Assembly: GCA_963674595.2 (NCBI GenBank)
Contig: CAXXFV010000023.1
Coordinates: 672,001 to 736,000 of the forward strand
From: a bacterium
GTDB lineage: Bacteria; Zhuqueibacterota; Zhuqueibacteria; Residuimicrobiales; Krinioviventaceae
DNA length: 64,000 bases
Direction: 5' to 3'
A model generated the notes under the pieces. It searched no databases and was not told where the DNA came from. It saw only the letters and a list, made by a program, of their open reading frames with translations. Positions 51,174 to 64,000 of the stretch are shown one piece after another; positions within the stretch are counted from its first letter, which is position 1; the number at the start of each line of letters is the position of its first letter. A program made the position numbers and the translations under genes.

Positions 51174-52985
51174 ATGAGTATAAGTTCTACATCAAGTACC
51201 TCATATTCCAGTCTGGAAACTCTGGTACAACAATATATGGCTATTGAACGTCAGGCGGTCACGAAATATGAAAGTGAAAGAACGTCTTTAAAAGCACGTT
51301 CATCAACCTATGATACCCTTGATACATATTTGACCAAGCTGCAGGATATTGCCGAAAATTTTAACGATGAAGATAATTCCATATTCGACAGTGTCTCGGT
51401 AACATCGAGTGATACAAGCGCTGTAGACGCTACGGGAAGTGATGATGCAACCATAGGCAGCTATGCTCTTCGGGTCCGTCAGCTTGCAACAGCAACCTCG
51501 ATGAACAGTGCCGGTAAATTAAATACCGCTAATTCTGTTGTCAGCAGTTTACAGGTTGTCTCCGGGTCGGAAGGGATTGATGTTGATAAAAGCTGGGCTG
51601 ATGCAGGATTTGATGAAGAACCAACAGGATCAGTGACTTTTAACACAGGCCATGGTGCTGTTGAGTTCACACTTTCAGATTATGAGACAGTTGAAGATTT
51701 TATGGATGCTGTTAACAGTGATGCAAATGCGCGTGTAAACATTTACTATGATGAAGACAAGGACAAGTTTGTTATAGAAGCTGATGACCCAACTGATATG
51801 CTGTCAATGTACCAGTCAGTCGATAACGGCTTTTTATACCAGGCTAAAATTGCTGATGAGAGTTCAGGGCAGGTAATAAACGATACTATTGGTCATGATT
51901 ATTATGCAAATAATAGTGGCATACAGACAGATGTGTTTTTGTATCAGGCAAATTTTGACAATGATTTGGCGGAATCAGATTCCGGAAGTTTTAAAATTAA
52001 CGGTGTTACCTTTAATTGGGATGCTGATGATGATACGTTTGAAGGGATTATAAACGACATAAACTCATCAAAAGCCGGCGTCACCGCTTTTTATGATGAA
52101 TCTCTGAATAAAATTAGTATTACGTCCAACAGCACCGGAAGTGAGGCCATTCAGTATGAAGATGTTGAAGGTACGTTTTTATCAAATACCTTAAAACTTG
52201 GCGGCGTTACGCAAAATCTTGGTTTGGATGCTCTGTTTACCATAAACAGTACAGATTCTGTTGATGAGATTGCAAAATCATCAAACGAATTTACTTTAAA
52301 CGGCATTACTTTTAATTTAAAAGAAGTTACTGTTGAAAATGATGATTATACAGACACTGATACCAAAGCGGTTAATATTAAAGCAGAAAAAGATGACACG
52401 AAAATTACAAAAAATATAAATAACTTTATTACTGAATTTAATTCCGTTATCGATTATTTGAAAAAACAAACTTCGGTGGACCTCACCACATATACACGTG
52501 GTTCGTTTGCCAGTGAGTCGAGTATAAGGTATTTACGGTCTGATTTTATTAATATCATGCTGTCTGAAGTTACCGGAGGTAGTAGTGGTGATCCGGCAAC
52601 ATTAGCTGAATTAGGAATTACTTTTGACAGTGATATGCACCTGGAAGTATCGGATACTGATAAATTGTCCGACGCTATTTCTGCGGATTTACAGGCAGTT
52701 AAATATTTATTTACTTCAGAGAATGGTTTTACTACCAGAATTTTTGATATACTTGACAATTATACGGATGATGATGACGGGATTATAGAGCAGAAAAAAG
52801 ACATTATTCAGGACCAGGTAGAAACTGTTAATAAAAGAATAGATCGGTTAGAAGCACAATTGGAACTTAAAGAAATACAATACCGGAATGACTTGTCAAC
52901 AATGCAATCTCTTTTGAATCAATCTGTTCAGCAGTATGACCTGGTAACAAGTATAATGGGGTATACGTCCAATATTTTAGGTTAG
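51174..52985 (+). CDS. fliD: Filament cap protein FliD
   Basis: VRQLATA, SNEFTLNGITFNL, LAELGI, C-terminal coiled coil; follows fliS. Confidence 0.9.
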   Translation: MSISSTSSTSYSSLETLVQQYMAIERQAVTKYESERTSLKARSSTYDTLDTYLTKLQDIAENFNDEDNSIFDSVSVTSSDTSAVDATGSDDATIGSYALRVRQLATATSMNSAGKLNTANSVVSSLQVVSGSEGIDVDKSWADAGFDEEPTGSVTFNTGHGAVEFTLSDYETVEDFMDAVNSDANARVNIYYDEDKDKFVIEADDPTDMLSMYQSVDNGFLYQAKIADESSGQVINDTIGHDYYANNSGIQTDVFLYQANFDNDLAESDSGSFKINGVTFNWDADDDTFEGIINDINSSKAGVTAFYDESLNKISITSNSTGSEAIQYEDVEGTFLSNTLKLGGVTQNLGLDALFTINSTDSVDEIAKSSNEFTLNGITFNLKEVTVENDDYTDTDTKAVNIKAEKDDTKITKNINNFITEFNSVIDYLKKQTSVDLTTYTRGSFASESSIRYLRSDFINIMLSEVTGGSSGDPATLAELGITFDSDMHLEVSDTDKLSDAISADLQAVKYLFTSENGFTTRIFDILDNYTDDDDGIIEQKKDIIQDQVETVNKRIDRLEAQLELKEIQYRNDLSTMQSLLNQSVQQYDLVTSIMGYTSNILG

Positions 52986-53017
52986 TAGGATGTAAGTTAT
53001 GATAGTGAGGAATTAAA

Positions 53018-53383
53018 ATGAATGTTGAAAGAATCGATTTTGATGTGCAGGCTGATCCTACACTCACAGTCGCTGTTAGCAGGACTCAAAACAGCGCTGC
53101 AGTGAAGGATGCGGCTGCCAAGCCAGAAGAAAAATCCCAAAATGATTCTGTTTCAGCAACACCGGAAGATGTTGATAAAGCATTAAAATCCATTGAAACA
53201 GTGGCAAATGCGCTAAATACACATCTCAGGTTTTTAAAGGACGATTCAACCGGTGATACTGTTATTCGTATTGTGGATGATGACACCGGTGAAACTGTTC
53301 GTCAAATTCCTGCTGAGGATATTTTGAGGATAAAGTCGAGGATGCGTGAAACAGTCGGATTATTGTTTGATCAAGAGGTTTAG
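53018..53383 (+). CDS. flaG: FlaG protein
   Basis: IVDDDTGETVRQIPAEDIL, GLLFDQEV. Confidence 0.92.
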   Translation: MNVERIDFDVQADPTLTVAVSRTQNSAAVKDAAAKPEEKSQNDSVSATPEDVDKALKSIETVANALNTHLRFLKDDSTGDTVIRIVDDDTGETVRQIPAEDILRIKSRMRETVGLLFDQEV

Positions 53384-53384
53384 A

Positions 53385-53822
53385 ATGGAAAAAACTGGCA
53401 TTTTAACTAAAAATGATGTACATTTAGCCTTAACACAGCAATGTGTTTATCTTGATGAATTGGAACAGATAAATAAAACTATTAAAAGTTTAATTGAAAA
53501 ACGGTCTATTGCCAGGACCAAAAGTTTAATTGAAAAAAGTATTGCTGTGCAACAGGAATTGGCTGACCTTGACAGAAAACTCAGAATGTCGCAAGAAGCA
53601 TCACTGCTTGATGGAATTTGGAACAGTTCATCATTGCGAGAGTTGGTAAAAAATGTGAATGTTAGAGCAGCACAGGTGTTGACCCAGTTAAAACTGCTGA
53701 TTGATAGTATAAATGATGTAAAATCAGAGTTTGAAAGAGATTTAAATCAAATTAAAAGCCAGAACAAAGTGGCTTTGGTGTACCAAAAAAATAATACAGT
53801 AAAACGAACTACAGGTCTTTAA
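53385..53822 (+). CDS. Helical flagellar chaperone-like protein (FliT/FlgN-like)
   Basis: Coiled-coil character; position between flaG and flgM. Confidence 0.55.
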   Translation: MEKTGILTKNDVHLALTQQCVYLDELEQINKTIKSLIEKRSIARTKSLIEKSIAVQQELADLDRKLRMSQEASLLDGIWNSSSLRELVKNVNVRAAQVLTQLKLLIDSINDVKSEFERDLNQIKSQNKVALVYQKNNTVKRTTGL

Positions 53823-53823
53823 A

Positions 53824-54192
53824 ATGAAGATAAACGGCCAGTTTTTAACAAATTCGACACCGGAATCCGGGCGAAAAAAATCATCCTCTGCACCAAAAGA
53901 AAAAAATGGTGTAGCTGGAAATTCGAATGATCAATACAAAGATAAAGTTGAAATATCTAAAAATACAAATGAATCTTTGAAGCAAGTTGACAGACAGGAT
54001 CAAATTTATTCAAAGTTTCAGAAAAATTCATCGGATGAATCCGGTCAGGTAAGTGAAAACCTTGCCTCAACAGGTTCTGTAGAAGATGAAAAAATAGCAA
54101 AAATTCGGGCCCAAATTGCCGAAGGAAATTATGATTCTATTGTAGTGAATCGATCCGTAGCAGACCTTATTTTAATGGAATTGAAAAAATAA
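53824..54192 (+). CDS. flgM: Anti-sigma-28 factor FlgM
   Basis: DKVEIS and EKIAKIRAQIAEGNY...VADLIL. Confidence 0.85.
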   Translation: MKINGQFLTNSTPESGRKKSSSAPKEKNGVAGNSNDQYKDKVEISKNTNESLKQVDRQDQIYSKFQKNSSDESGQVSENLASTGSVEDEKIAKIRAQIAEGNYDSIVVNRSVADLILMELKK

Positions 54193-54267
54193 TTACAAAA
54201 TATACTTTCCGTATTTGCCCCCATTTTAAAATTTAGGCTTATTATAAAAGCCGTTTTGAGATAATTC

Positions 54268-54296
54268 TTGACTATTAAGCAAAATTTCACTATAAT
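54268..54296 (+). promoter_or_regulatory. Sigma-70 promoter of fba-gap-tpiA
   Basis: TTGACT-N17-TATAAT. Confidence 0.85.
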
Positions 54297-54369
54297 TACT
54301 AACTTTTGCCGTTTATAGGTAGAATTTTGAAATATAGTCTTTTTAAAATGTTTGAAAGGTGGATCAAGA

Positions 54370-55296
54370 ATGCCTAAGGTTAGTACTAAAGAATTATTTG
54401 AAAAAGCATATTCCGGCGGCTACGCTGTAGGTGCTTTTAATGTAAATAATATGGAAATAATTCAGGGAATTGTAGAAGCTGCAGACGAAGAAAAAGCTCC
54501 TCTTATTCTTCAAATTTCAAAGGGAGCCCGCGAGTTTGCTCGTCATGAATATTTGATGAAATTAATTGAAGCCGCACTTGAAACAACTGATTTACCAATT
54601 GCAGTACATTTGGATCATGGTGATAGTTTTGAACTGTGTAAATCTTGTATTGATGGCGGTTTTACATCAGTTATGATTGATGGTTCTCATTTACCGTTGG
54701 AAGAAAATATTGCCCTCGTGAAAAAAGTTGTTGATTATGCCCATCCACGAGGAATTCCGGTAGAAGCTGAGTTGGGTCGACTGGCTGGAATTGAAGAGCA
54801 TGTAAGCGTTGATGAAAAAGATGCTATTTTTACAAGACCTGATGAAGCAAAAGAATTTGTTGAAAAATCAGGCTGTGACTCTCTGGCTGTTGCTATCGGT
54901 ACAAGCCATGGAGCTTACAAGTTTAAAACAGAACCAAAATTAGATTTCGATAGATTGCATGAAATTGAAGAAGTGCTTCCCGGTTTTCCATTGGTGTTAC
55001 ACGGTGCATCATCCGTACCGGAAGAGTTTGTAAATTACTGTAATCAATATGGCGGCAAGTTGCCTGGCGCTAAAGGCGTTCCTGAACGGATGATTACTGA
55101 AGCTTCTAAAACAGGCGTATGTAAAATTAATATCGATACAGATTTAAGATTGGCGATGACTGCTTCTATACGTAAAGAGTTTGTGGAAAATCCATCAAAT
55201 TTTGACCCAAGAAAATATCTTGGCCCGGCTCGAAGTGCATTAAAAGAAATGGTTCGCCACAAATTACATATATTAGGATGTGCCGGAAAGGCATAA
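54370..55296 (+). CDS. fba: Class II fructose-bisphosphate aldolase
   Basis: HLDHG, SVMIDGS, AIGTSHG, VLHGAS, KINIDTD. Confidence 0.96.
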   Translation: MPKVSTKELFEKAYSGGYAVGAFNVNNMEIIQGIVEAADEEKAPLILQISKGAREFARHEYLMKLIEAALETTDLPIAVHLDHGDSFELCKSCIDGGFTSVMIDGSHLPLEENIALVKKVVDYAHPRGIPVEAELGRLAGIEEHVSVDEKDAIFTRPDEAKEFVEKSGCDSLAVAIGTSHGAYKFKTEPKLDFDRLHEIEEVLPGFPLVLHGASSVPEEFVNYCNQYGGKLPGAKGVPERMITEASKTGVCKINIDTDLRLAMTASIRKEFVENPSNFDPRKYLGPARSALKEMVRHKLHILGCAGKA

Positions 55297-55318
55297 TTTT
55301 ACAATCATAAAAAAATAA

Positions 55319-56347
<1,029 letters not shown>

Positions 56348-56380
56348 AACTTTTTCAAGATTTGTTAGTTATATAATAAT

Positions 56381-56406
56381 GATGGTTGAGTTTCGGCTCA
56401 ACCATC
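56381..56406 (+). other. Stable stem-loop between gap and tpiA
   Basis: GATGGTTGAG-TTTCGG-CTCAACCATC with a weak T-tract. Confidence 0.6.
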
Positions 56407-56428
56407 TTAACTATGAGAAAATATATTT

Positions 56429-56689
56429 ATGCGTAAACGAATTATTGCTGGAAATTGGAAGATGAACAAAACTCTTAACGAAGCTGTTGAATTGGCATCT
56501 TCTGTAAGAGATTTGGTCGCGAATAATACAGATGTAGATGTTGTTTTGTGTCCTCCTTTTACAAATTTATACGCTGTTTACCAGGTTATTAAAGATACGC
56601 CTGTTAAACTTGGCGCACAAAATTTGTTCTGGGAAGATAATGGTGCCTATACGGCTGAAGTTGCCGCAGATATGTTAAAATCTGTTGGA
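56429..56689 (+). pseudogene. tpiA: Triosephosphate isomerase, N-terminal ~87 codons only (cut at the junction)
   Basis: IAGNWKMNKT, GAQN, GAYTAEV; homology stops after DMLKSVG, before GHSERR. Confidence 0.9.
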
Positions 56690-57314
56690 AGGGAGCGTAA
56701 ACCAGCTCTTTATCCCGGTTCGGCTGCAGGGTCACCTGGTTAACTCCGGCTACACCCACGGCAAGTCCTTGATCGTTGATACCGTCAAAGGCATAAAACG
56801 GAGCCGCAAGCAGTTTCTGTCCGAAAACACCTGAAGTGAACGGTTCAAGATCCGTGTGCCCGAAACCCAGGCTGATGGACCTGGTAAACGAAACCGAAGA
56901 ATATCCCTTCGGAGGATTGTACAGGCTGACTATTATGGAGCCGACGTTCTGGTTGTCCCAGTTCCGCCCCATAACCACAGAGCCTTCACCTGAGGCTGAA
57001 AACAGGCTGCAGAAACGCCAGGTTTGGTTCAGCAGAGGATTATCAATCATAGACTGATTTTCTTTCTGAAAAATCTCCTCGCGGTCCCCAAAATGGGTCA
57101 TCAGGTAAAGGCCGTCTTCACGAAACTGCCCGGTTCCCTGGATTTTCAACAGGCTCTGCAAGGATCTTTCCGCCTCCGATCCATCTGAAGAGGGGAACTC
57201 AAACTGCAGATTGGTAGTTTCACCATCGGCCATTAAAAATCCCGGCACCAGGAAAAAAAGAATTAAGGACACAAAAACAGAATACGTCTTGTAATGTTTG
57301 ACCGGCATAATCAA
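56688..57314 (-). pseudogene. Ntn-hydrolase (peptidase C45 / choloylglycine hydrolase-like), 3' truncated at the junction
   Basis: Signal peptide, CSLF nucleophile, GRNWD, DGINDQGLAVG; runs into antisense tpiA after ELVYAPF. Confidence 0.75.
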
Positions 57315-57530
57315 AACCCTCCTGGTTTTGTTTTGTTTGTTACATATAGATTAAGACGGATGCCGGGTTGTGAAAGTTTACTCAGTTTGGTAAAACTCGT
57401 GCTCTCTATTTAATAAACAACTTAGATTATGAGGTTGTAGGGCTCCGCCCTGATGCCAATCGGGAGATTGGTCTTCCAATTAACGCAAAGGCGAAAAGAT
57501 TATCCTGGAATAACTTCGAAGCCAGGAGCA

Positions 57531-57634
57531 TCGGAGTCGGTATAGGAATCGGAATCGGGATCGACTGGCTTCAGCCGGATTGCGCTGAAAACAATCGATT
57601 CCGATACCGACAGCGATACCTATACTGACCCGGA
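57531..57634. repeat. Palindromic element built from ATCGGA-like hexamers
   Basis: Left arm tcggagtcggtataggaatcggaatcgggatcga; right arm tcgattccgataccgacagcgatacctatactgacccgga. Confidence 0.75.
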
Positions 57635-57769
57635 ATCAGACTGGAATAAAGGCTGATTTTTAGATACTTCTTTACCTTTATAACCGCTTAGAAGAAAACA
57701 CAATAAGACAGGATCAAAATAAGGATTCTGCCTTTCGTCGTAATGAATTAATTAATTAATCCATGACTT

Positions 57770-58174
57770 TTAAAATTTTCTTTTCAATCCCGTAAGGGCA
57801 AGCAGCCCAAAACCCAGAAGCAGCATGGTCGCGGGTTCCGGAACCTGGGTGAGGTCATGTACCTCAAAAGAATAATTCTGATTATTATTCAGTGGATCAT
57901 CATTATCCCCTCCATAAGTCCCGCCATCGTATGTAATAGTCATCCAATCAATAAGAGTATCGTCAAGGTAGCTATAAAACTCAAAACTGAATGGAGTGGA
58001 TTTATATTCAGTATTAAAAGAATAAAACCAGAGCAGGATATCGGTATCGTCTCCCGCGGCTGTAACTTGATAATCAGATACATAGGTTACACTCCATGTG
58101 TTAAAAACATTAACATCATAGGTGTAACCAAATTGGTCTGCATAATACTCAGTATAATTTGTATAGGAATTCAA
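57770..58174 (-). CDS. PEP-CTERM sorting-domain protein, probably with a decayed 5' end
   Basis: C-terminus VPEPATMLLLGFGLLALTGLKRKF; no signal peptide in the ORF; in-frame TAA upstream at 58202-58204. Confidence 0.8.
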   Translation of the reverse strand: MNSYTNYTEYYADQFGYTYDVNVFNTWSVTYVSDYQVTAAGDDTDILLWFYSFNTEYKSTPFSFEFYSYLDDTLIDWMTITYDGGTYGGDNDDPLNNNQNYSFEVHDLTQVPEPATMLLLGFGLLALTGLKRKF

Positions 58175-58755
58175 GATATACAGGAGCCGTTTATCTTGTT
58201 TTTACCCTGGTATGATAAAAAGGGTTAAAGATATATAACCATTACACCCGACTCGATGGATAGTCGAAACTGTGGAGTTTTTCATTAGAAAATATCCATT
58301 TGAAATATTTGCATTCTGAAAATCAAGGTCGTGTTCTGTAATAGATATATAAAGACTTCCTGACAGTCTTACCTAAATAATAAAATATCCAGTAACTACA
58401 AGTAGTTAAAAGAACATTTGAAAATTGTAAAAAAATCATACACTTTCATTCTTATTTTACGCATTCAATGATTACCAGAATGAATCGCCAGGCGCACATA
58501 AGGGCAAGCATCCGTTTTACCTGGGCCGGCGGGACAAACAGGATTTTCTCTTGATGAGTATGGCTAAGCGCCTAAATATCCGCACTCCGTTTTTGCCGGG
58601 ATTCGGCTCGGCTGGTATCCGTATTGAACTCATTTGTCACTCAAAATTAACAACTTTTTTTAAAAGATTCTTTTGAAGTCTCGCTTGTGTTATTTTTGAA
58701 ACAGCAGGATGGAGATTCCACATAATGAATTTCAATTCCATAATTAATTAATTAA

Positions 58756-59568
58756 ATGCCTTCAAGTAAAAAAATATTCATTCTATTTATTTATTCTTTT
58801 TTGCTTTCAGGTTTACATTCCTTGGGCAGTTCCCTGCAAACCGAGACAAAAGAATCCTTTTCAAGGTATGCGAAAAATGCTGAAAAAGAACTGGTGCTGA
58901 GAGGAAATGGGACACTCAGTTTTTTCAGGACAGCCGACTTACCCGCCAATCAGCCCGGAATATCCCGGGGAGAAAAAGTTATCATCAATCTCAATAGCGA
59001 AGACGAAACTCCAGGCGGAATCATCCATGATTGGATAGGTGCAGTTTTTATACCCGGGGTAAGGCTGAAAAATGTAGTCGATACCCTGCTTGACTACGAT
59101 TCTCATGATCAGATCTTCAGTGAAGTAATCGATTCCAGGCTGAAAAACAGATCGGGTGATTTACTTACTGTTTATATGAGGTTCAAAAAAAAGGAAATCA
59201 TCACGGTGGTAACGGACACCTGGCACGAGGCCGCGCTTCATTCCATATCGGGAACGAGGGCGCAGCTGTTTTCGCGAAGCACAAAAATCAATGAAGTGGA
59301 GAATTTCGGTGAAAAAAATGAAACAGTGCTTCCTGAAGGAGAAGACCATGGATTTCTCTGGAGAATGAATTCCTACTGGAGCCTTGAAGAAAGAGAAAAC
59401 GGAGTGCTGGTTGAATGCAGGTCAATTACCCTATCGCGTGATATCCCCACAGGGCTTGGCTTCATAATCGGGCCGATAATTAATAAAATGCCCCGCGAAT
59501 CATTGGAATCGGTACTGGAAACATTGAAAGCGCACCTGGCCGGCAGTCCCATCATAGCAGGCAGCTAG
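58756..59568 (+). CDS. Exported hypothetical protein (possible START/SRPBCC-like fold)
   Basis: Signal peptide; IIHDWIGAVFIPG, GFLWRMNSYW, ECRSITLSRDIP. Confidence 0.75.
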   Translation: MPSSKKIFILFIYSFLLSGLHSLGSSLQTETKESFSRYAKNAEKELVLRGNGTLSFFRTADLPANQPGISRGEKVIINLNSEDETPGGIIHDWIGAVFIPGVRLKNVVDTLLDYDSHDQIFSEVIDSRLKNRSGDLLTVYMRFKKKEIITVVTDTWHEAALHSISGTRAQLFSRSTKINEVENFGEKNETVLPEGEDHGFLWRMNSYWSLEERENGVLVECRSITLSRDIPTGLGFIIGPIINKMPRESLESVLETLKAHLAGSPIIAGS

Positions 59569-59584
59569 ATAGTAGCGATTCCTA

Positions 59585-59646
59585 GCTGGAGCGGGATGCT
59601 CCAGCCAAAATCCCCAATCCCCAATCGTCAATCTGAAATCGTCAAT
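59585..59646. repeat. REP-like hairpin plus five heptamer repeats (AATCNNN)
   Basis: GCTGGAGC-GGGAT-GCTCCAGC, then AATCCCC AATCCCC AATCGTC AATCTGA AATCGTC. Confidence 0.6.
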
Positions 59647-59681
59647 AAAAAAAGGGCTCCCTATGAGGGGAGCCCTTTTTT
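59647..59681. terminator. Bidirectional Rho-independent terminator (ends the rRNA unit)
   Basis: A-tract, GGGCTCCC stem, loop, GGGAGCCC stem, T-tract. Confidence 0.88.
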
Positions 59682-59696
59682 GTTTATATATATAAT

Positions 59697-59812
59697 ACCG
59701 GCGATGACCTACTTTCCCACACCGCCTCCGGTGCAGTATCATCGGCGCTGAAGGTCTTTACTTCTGTGTTCGGGATGGGAACAGGTGTTACCCCTTCGCT
59801 AAAACCGCCGGT
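59697..59812 (-). rRNA. rrf: 5S ribosomal RNA
   Basis: Reverse complement contains CACCTGTTCCCATCCCGAACACAGAAGT and GGGAAAGTAGGTCATCGCCGG. Confidence 0.96.
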
Positions 59813-59894
59813 AAACTTGTAAACTTTTTAAAACTGGAGAATAGGGAAACAACATTATCCACGTTGAGATATTTTTGCAAATGGGTAAATTTCA

Positions 59895-62846
<2,952 letters not shown>

Positions 62847-62918
62847 TGAAATTTACGCATTCGCAAAAATTTCATGTCTCTTACTGTGGTTTGTATTATT
62901 TGCCCTATATTCTCCAGT

Positions 62919-62930
62919 TTGTAAAAGATC
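62919..62930 (-). promoter_or_regulatory. boxA-like antitermination element
   Basis: GATCTTTTACAA in the 23S leader; adjacent sequence is complementary to the 23S-5S spacer. Confidence 0.55.
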
Positions 62931-62986
62931 TATGCCGCTCTCTATCAGCCGCGGCCCACTGTCCGGTCTTTCCACCGATTTGCGGA

Positions 62987-63015
62987 ATGATACAGACTTT
63001 CTCCCTTTTATTCAA
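62987..63015 (-). promoter_or_regulatory. Sigma-70 promoter directly upstream of 23S
   Basis: TTGAAT-N17-TATCAT on the minus strand, followed by GC-rich sequence. Confidence 0.65.
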
Positions 63016-63395
63016 GTTTTCCAGACAGATTTTTCAGGGTTCTTTTTTTGTACTGCCCGACCCTGTTTGCCAGGGTCTCCCAAACCCGGCTCCTAATTCA
63101 ATTTATATATTTATTATTTAATCCCTTCCATCAATTACGGGAATATGATGCAAAGCATCTTTTCCGAAATCCCTATTCCAGATTCAATCCGAATCTAAAG
63201 ATCATCACAATATTAAATACACCTTCAAACCCTGATATTTTCCAGAAGAAAAAAATAAAAGCTAATTAGTTTCACCCTGTTCCAATAGGTAAACTTTTAA
63301 AATCGGCAAAACAGTCTTTTCACCAGATCAGCCCGCCCTGCTATCCAATCCAAAAGCAAGTTGAAAAAATGGACAATATCCTTCACTATTCGTGA

Positions 63396-64000
63396 ATGCC
63401 CCAAAATAACCAGAAGGTAAATAATAAAAGACACAAGATTCTTGCGGCCTCCGTTCACCTGTTAACAGCATTCGGATCAGTTCTGGGTCTGCTGGGATTT
63501 GCGGCCTGCAGCCGCGGAGAATGGCGGACGGTCTACATCCTAATGATTTTGACTGTATTGATAGATGCCTTTGATGGCTCTCTGGCAAGAAAATTCAGGG
63601 TCCGGGAGGTGCTGCCTCAGATCGACGGAGCCCTGATGGATAACCTGGTGGATTTCGTAAATTACGCCCTTCTGCCTGCATTTGTATTGCTTTTATCAGG
63701 TCTTCTCCCGGTACAATTCAGGCTTCTGGGAGCGTCCATGGTCCTGTTGTCTTCCTGCTTCCAGTTTTCGCAAACCAATGCTAAAACAACCGATCACTTT
63801 TTCCGTGGATTCCCTTCCTACTGGAACCTGCTTGTGATTTATCTCGGATTATTAGGCACTTCCTCATGGACAAATCTTATGGCTGTCACAACCTGTGCTA
63901 TCCTTGCCTTTGTTCCAATCTACTATGTCTACCCATCACGCACGCCAGTACTCAAGAAACTCACGCTCTGGCTTTCTCTTCCCTGGCTCATCCTGCTTAC
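63396..64000 (+). CDS. pcs: Phosphatidylcholine synthase (CDP-alcohol phosphotransferase), 3' end outside window
   Basis: Translated by hand (absent from the ORF track): ASVHLLTAFG, IDAFDGSLARKFRVREVLPQIDGALMDNLVDF, KTTDHFFRGFPSYWN. Confidence 0.85.
   Translation, partial: MPQNNQKVNNKRHKILAASVHLLTAFGSVLGLLGFAACSRGEWRTVYILMILTVLIDAFDGSLARKFRVREVLPQIDGALMDNLVDFVNYALLPAFVLLLSGLLPVQFRLLGASMVLLSSCFQFSQTNAKTTDHFFRGFPSYWNLLVIYLGLLGTSSWTNLMAVTTCAILAFVPIYYVYPSRTPVLKKLTLWLSLPWLILL

Noticed and set aside
56690-56743. C-terminal extension of the 104-aa TpiA ORF (RERKPALYPG...) and the tail of the opposite ORF
   Set aside because: Read-through into the antisense strand of the other truncated gene
57857-58228. 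123-aa Ile-rich ORF on the + strand
   Set aside because: Antisense shadow of the PEP-CTERM gene
57531-59646. Short repeats as a CRISPR array
   Set aside because: Units are 6-7 bp without unique spacers; no cas genes in the window
62847-63395. tRNA or 16S remnant upstream of 23S
   Set aside because: No cloverleaf/TTCGA arm and no anti-SD 16S terminus on either strand

Overview
The window has two unrelated-looking halves joined abruptly at about 56,689. Left part (1-56.7 kb, AT-rich, all + strand): a large motility locus. It runs flhA-flhF-flhG-fliA, then a chemotaxis cluster (cheY/cheX/cheA, three multi-HAMP chemoreceptors with different sensor domains, cheW, parA plus a CheW fusion, cheR-cheD-cheY-cheX-cheB, and a PAS hybrid kinase). 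Next come flgFGAHIJNKL-fliW-csrA, a ~15 kb TPR-rich flagellin glycosylation island, fliC-fliS-fliD-flaG-flgM, and fba-gap-tpiA (truncated). Sigma54, sigma28 and sigma70 promoters and a CsrA-type flagellin leader are readable. The flagellin resembles FCB-group flagellins (inference). Right part (56.7-64 kb, visibly more GC-rich): a truncated Ntn-hydrolase, palindromic short-repeat elements, a decayed PEP-CTERM gene, a hypothetical exported protein, a 23S-5S rRNA unit with its own promoter and no 16S, and a phosphatidylcholine synthase running off the end. Best candidates for an undescribed system: (i) a ParA ATPase paired with a CheW carrying a ParB-like N-terminal peptide on a long acidic tether; (ii) a YfiR-like periplasmic protein paired with a CHASE8-like chemoreceptor; (iii) TPR-scaffolded glycosyltransferase/sulfotransferase/ATP-grasp flagellin tailoring; (iv) an FlhF/FlhG pair with degenerate catalytic motifs. 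All family assignments come from motif recognition by eye; no database searches were run.
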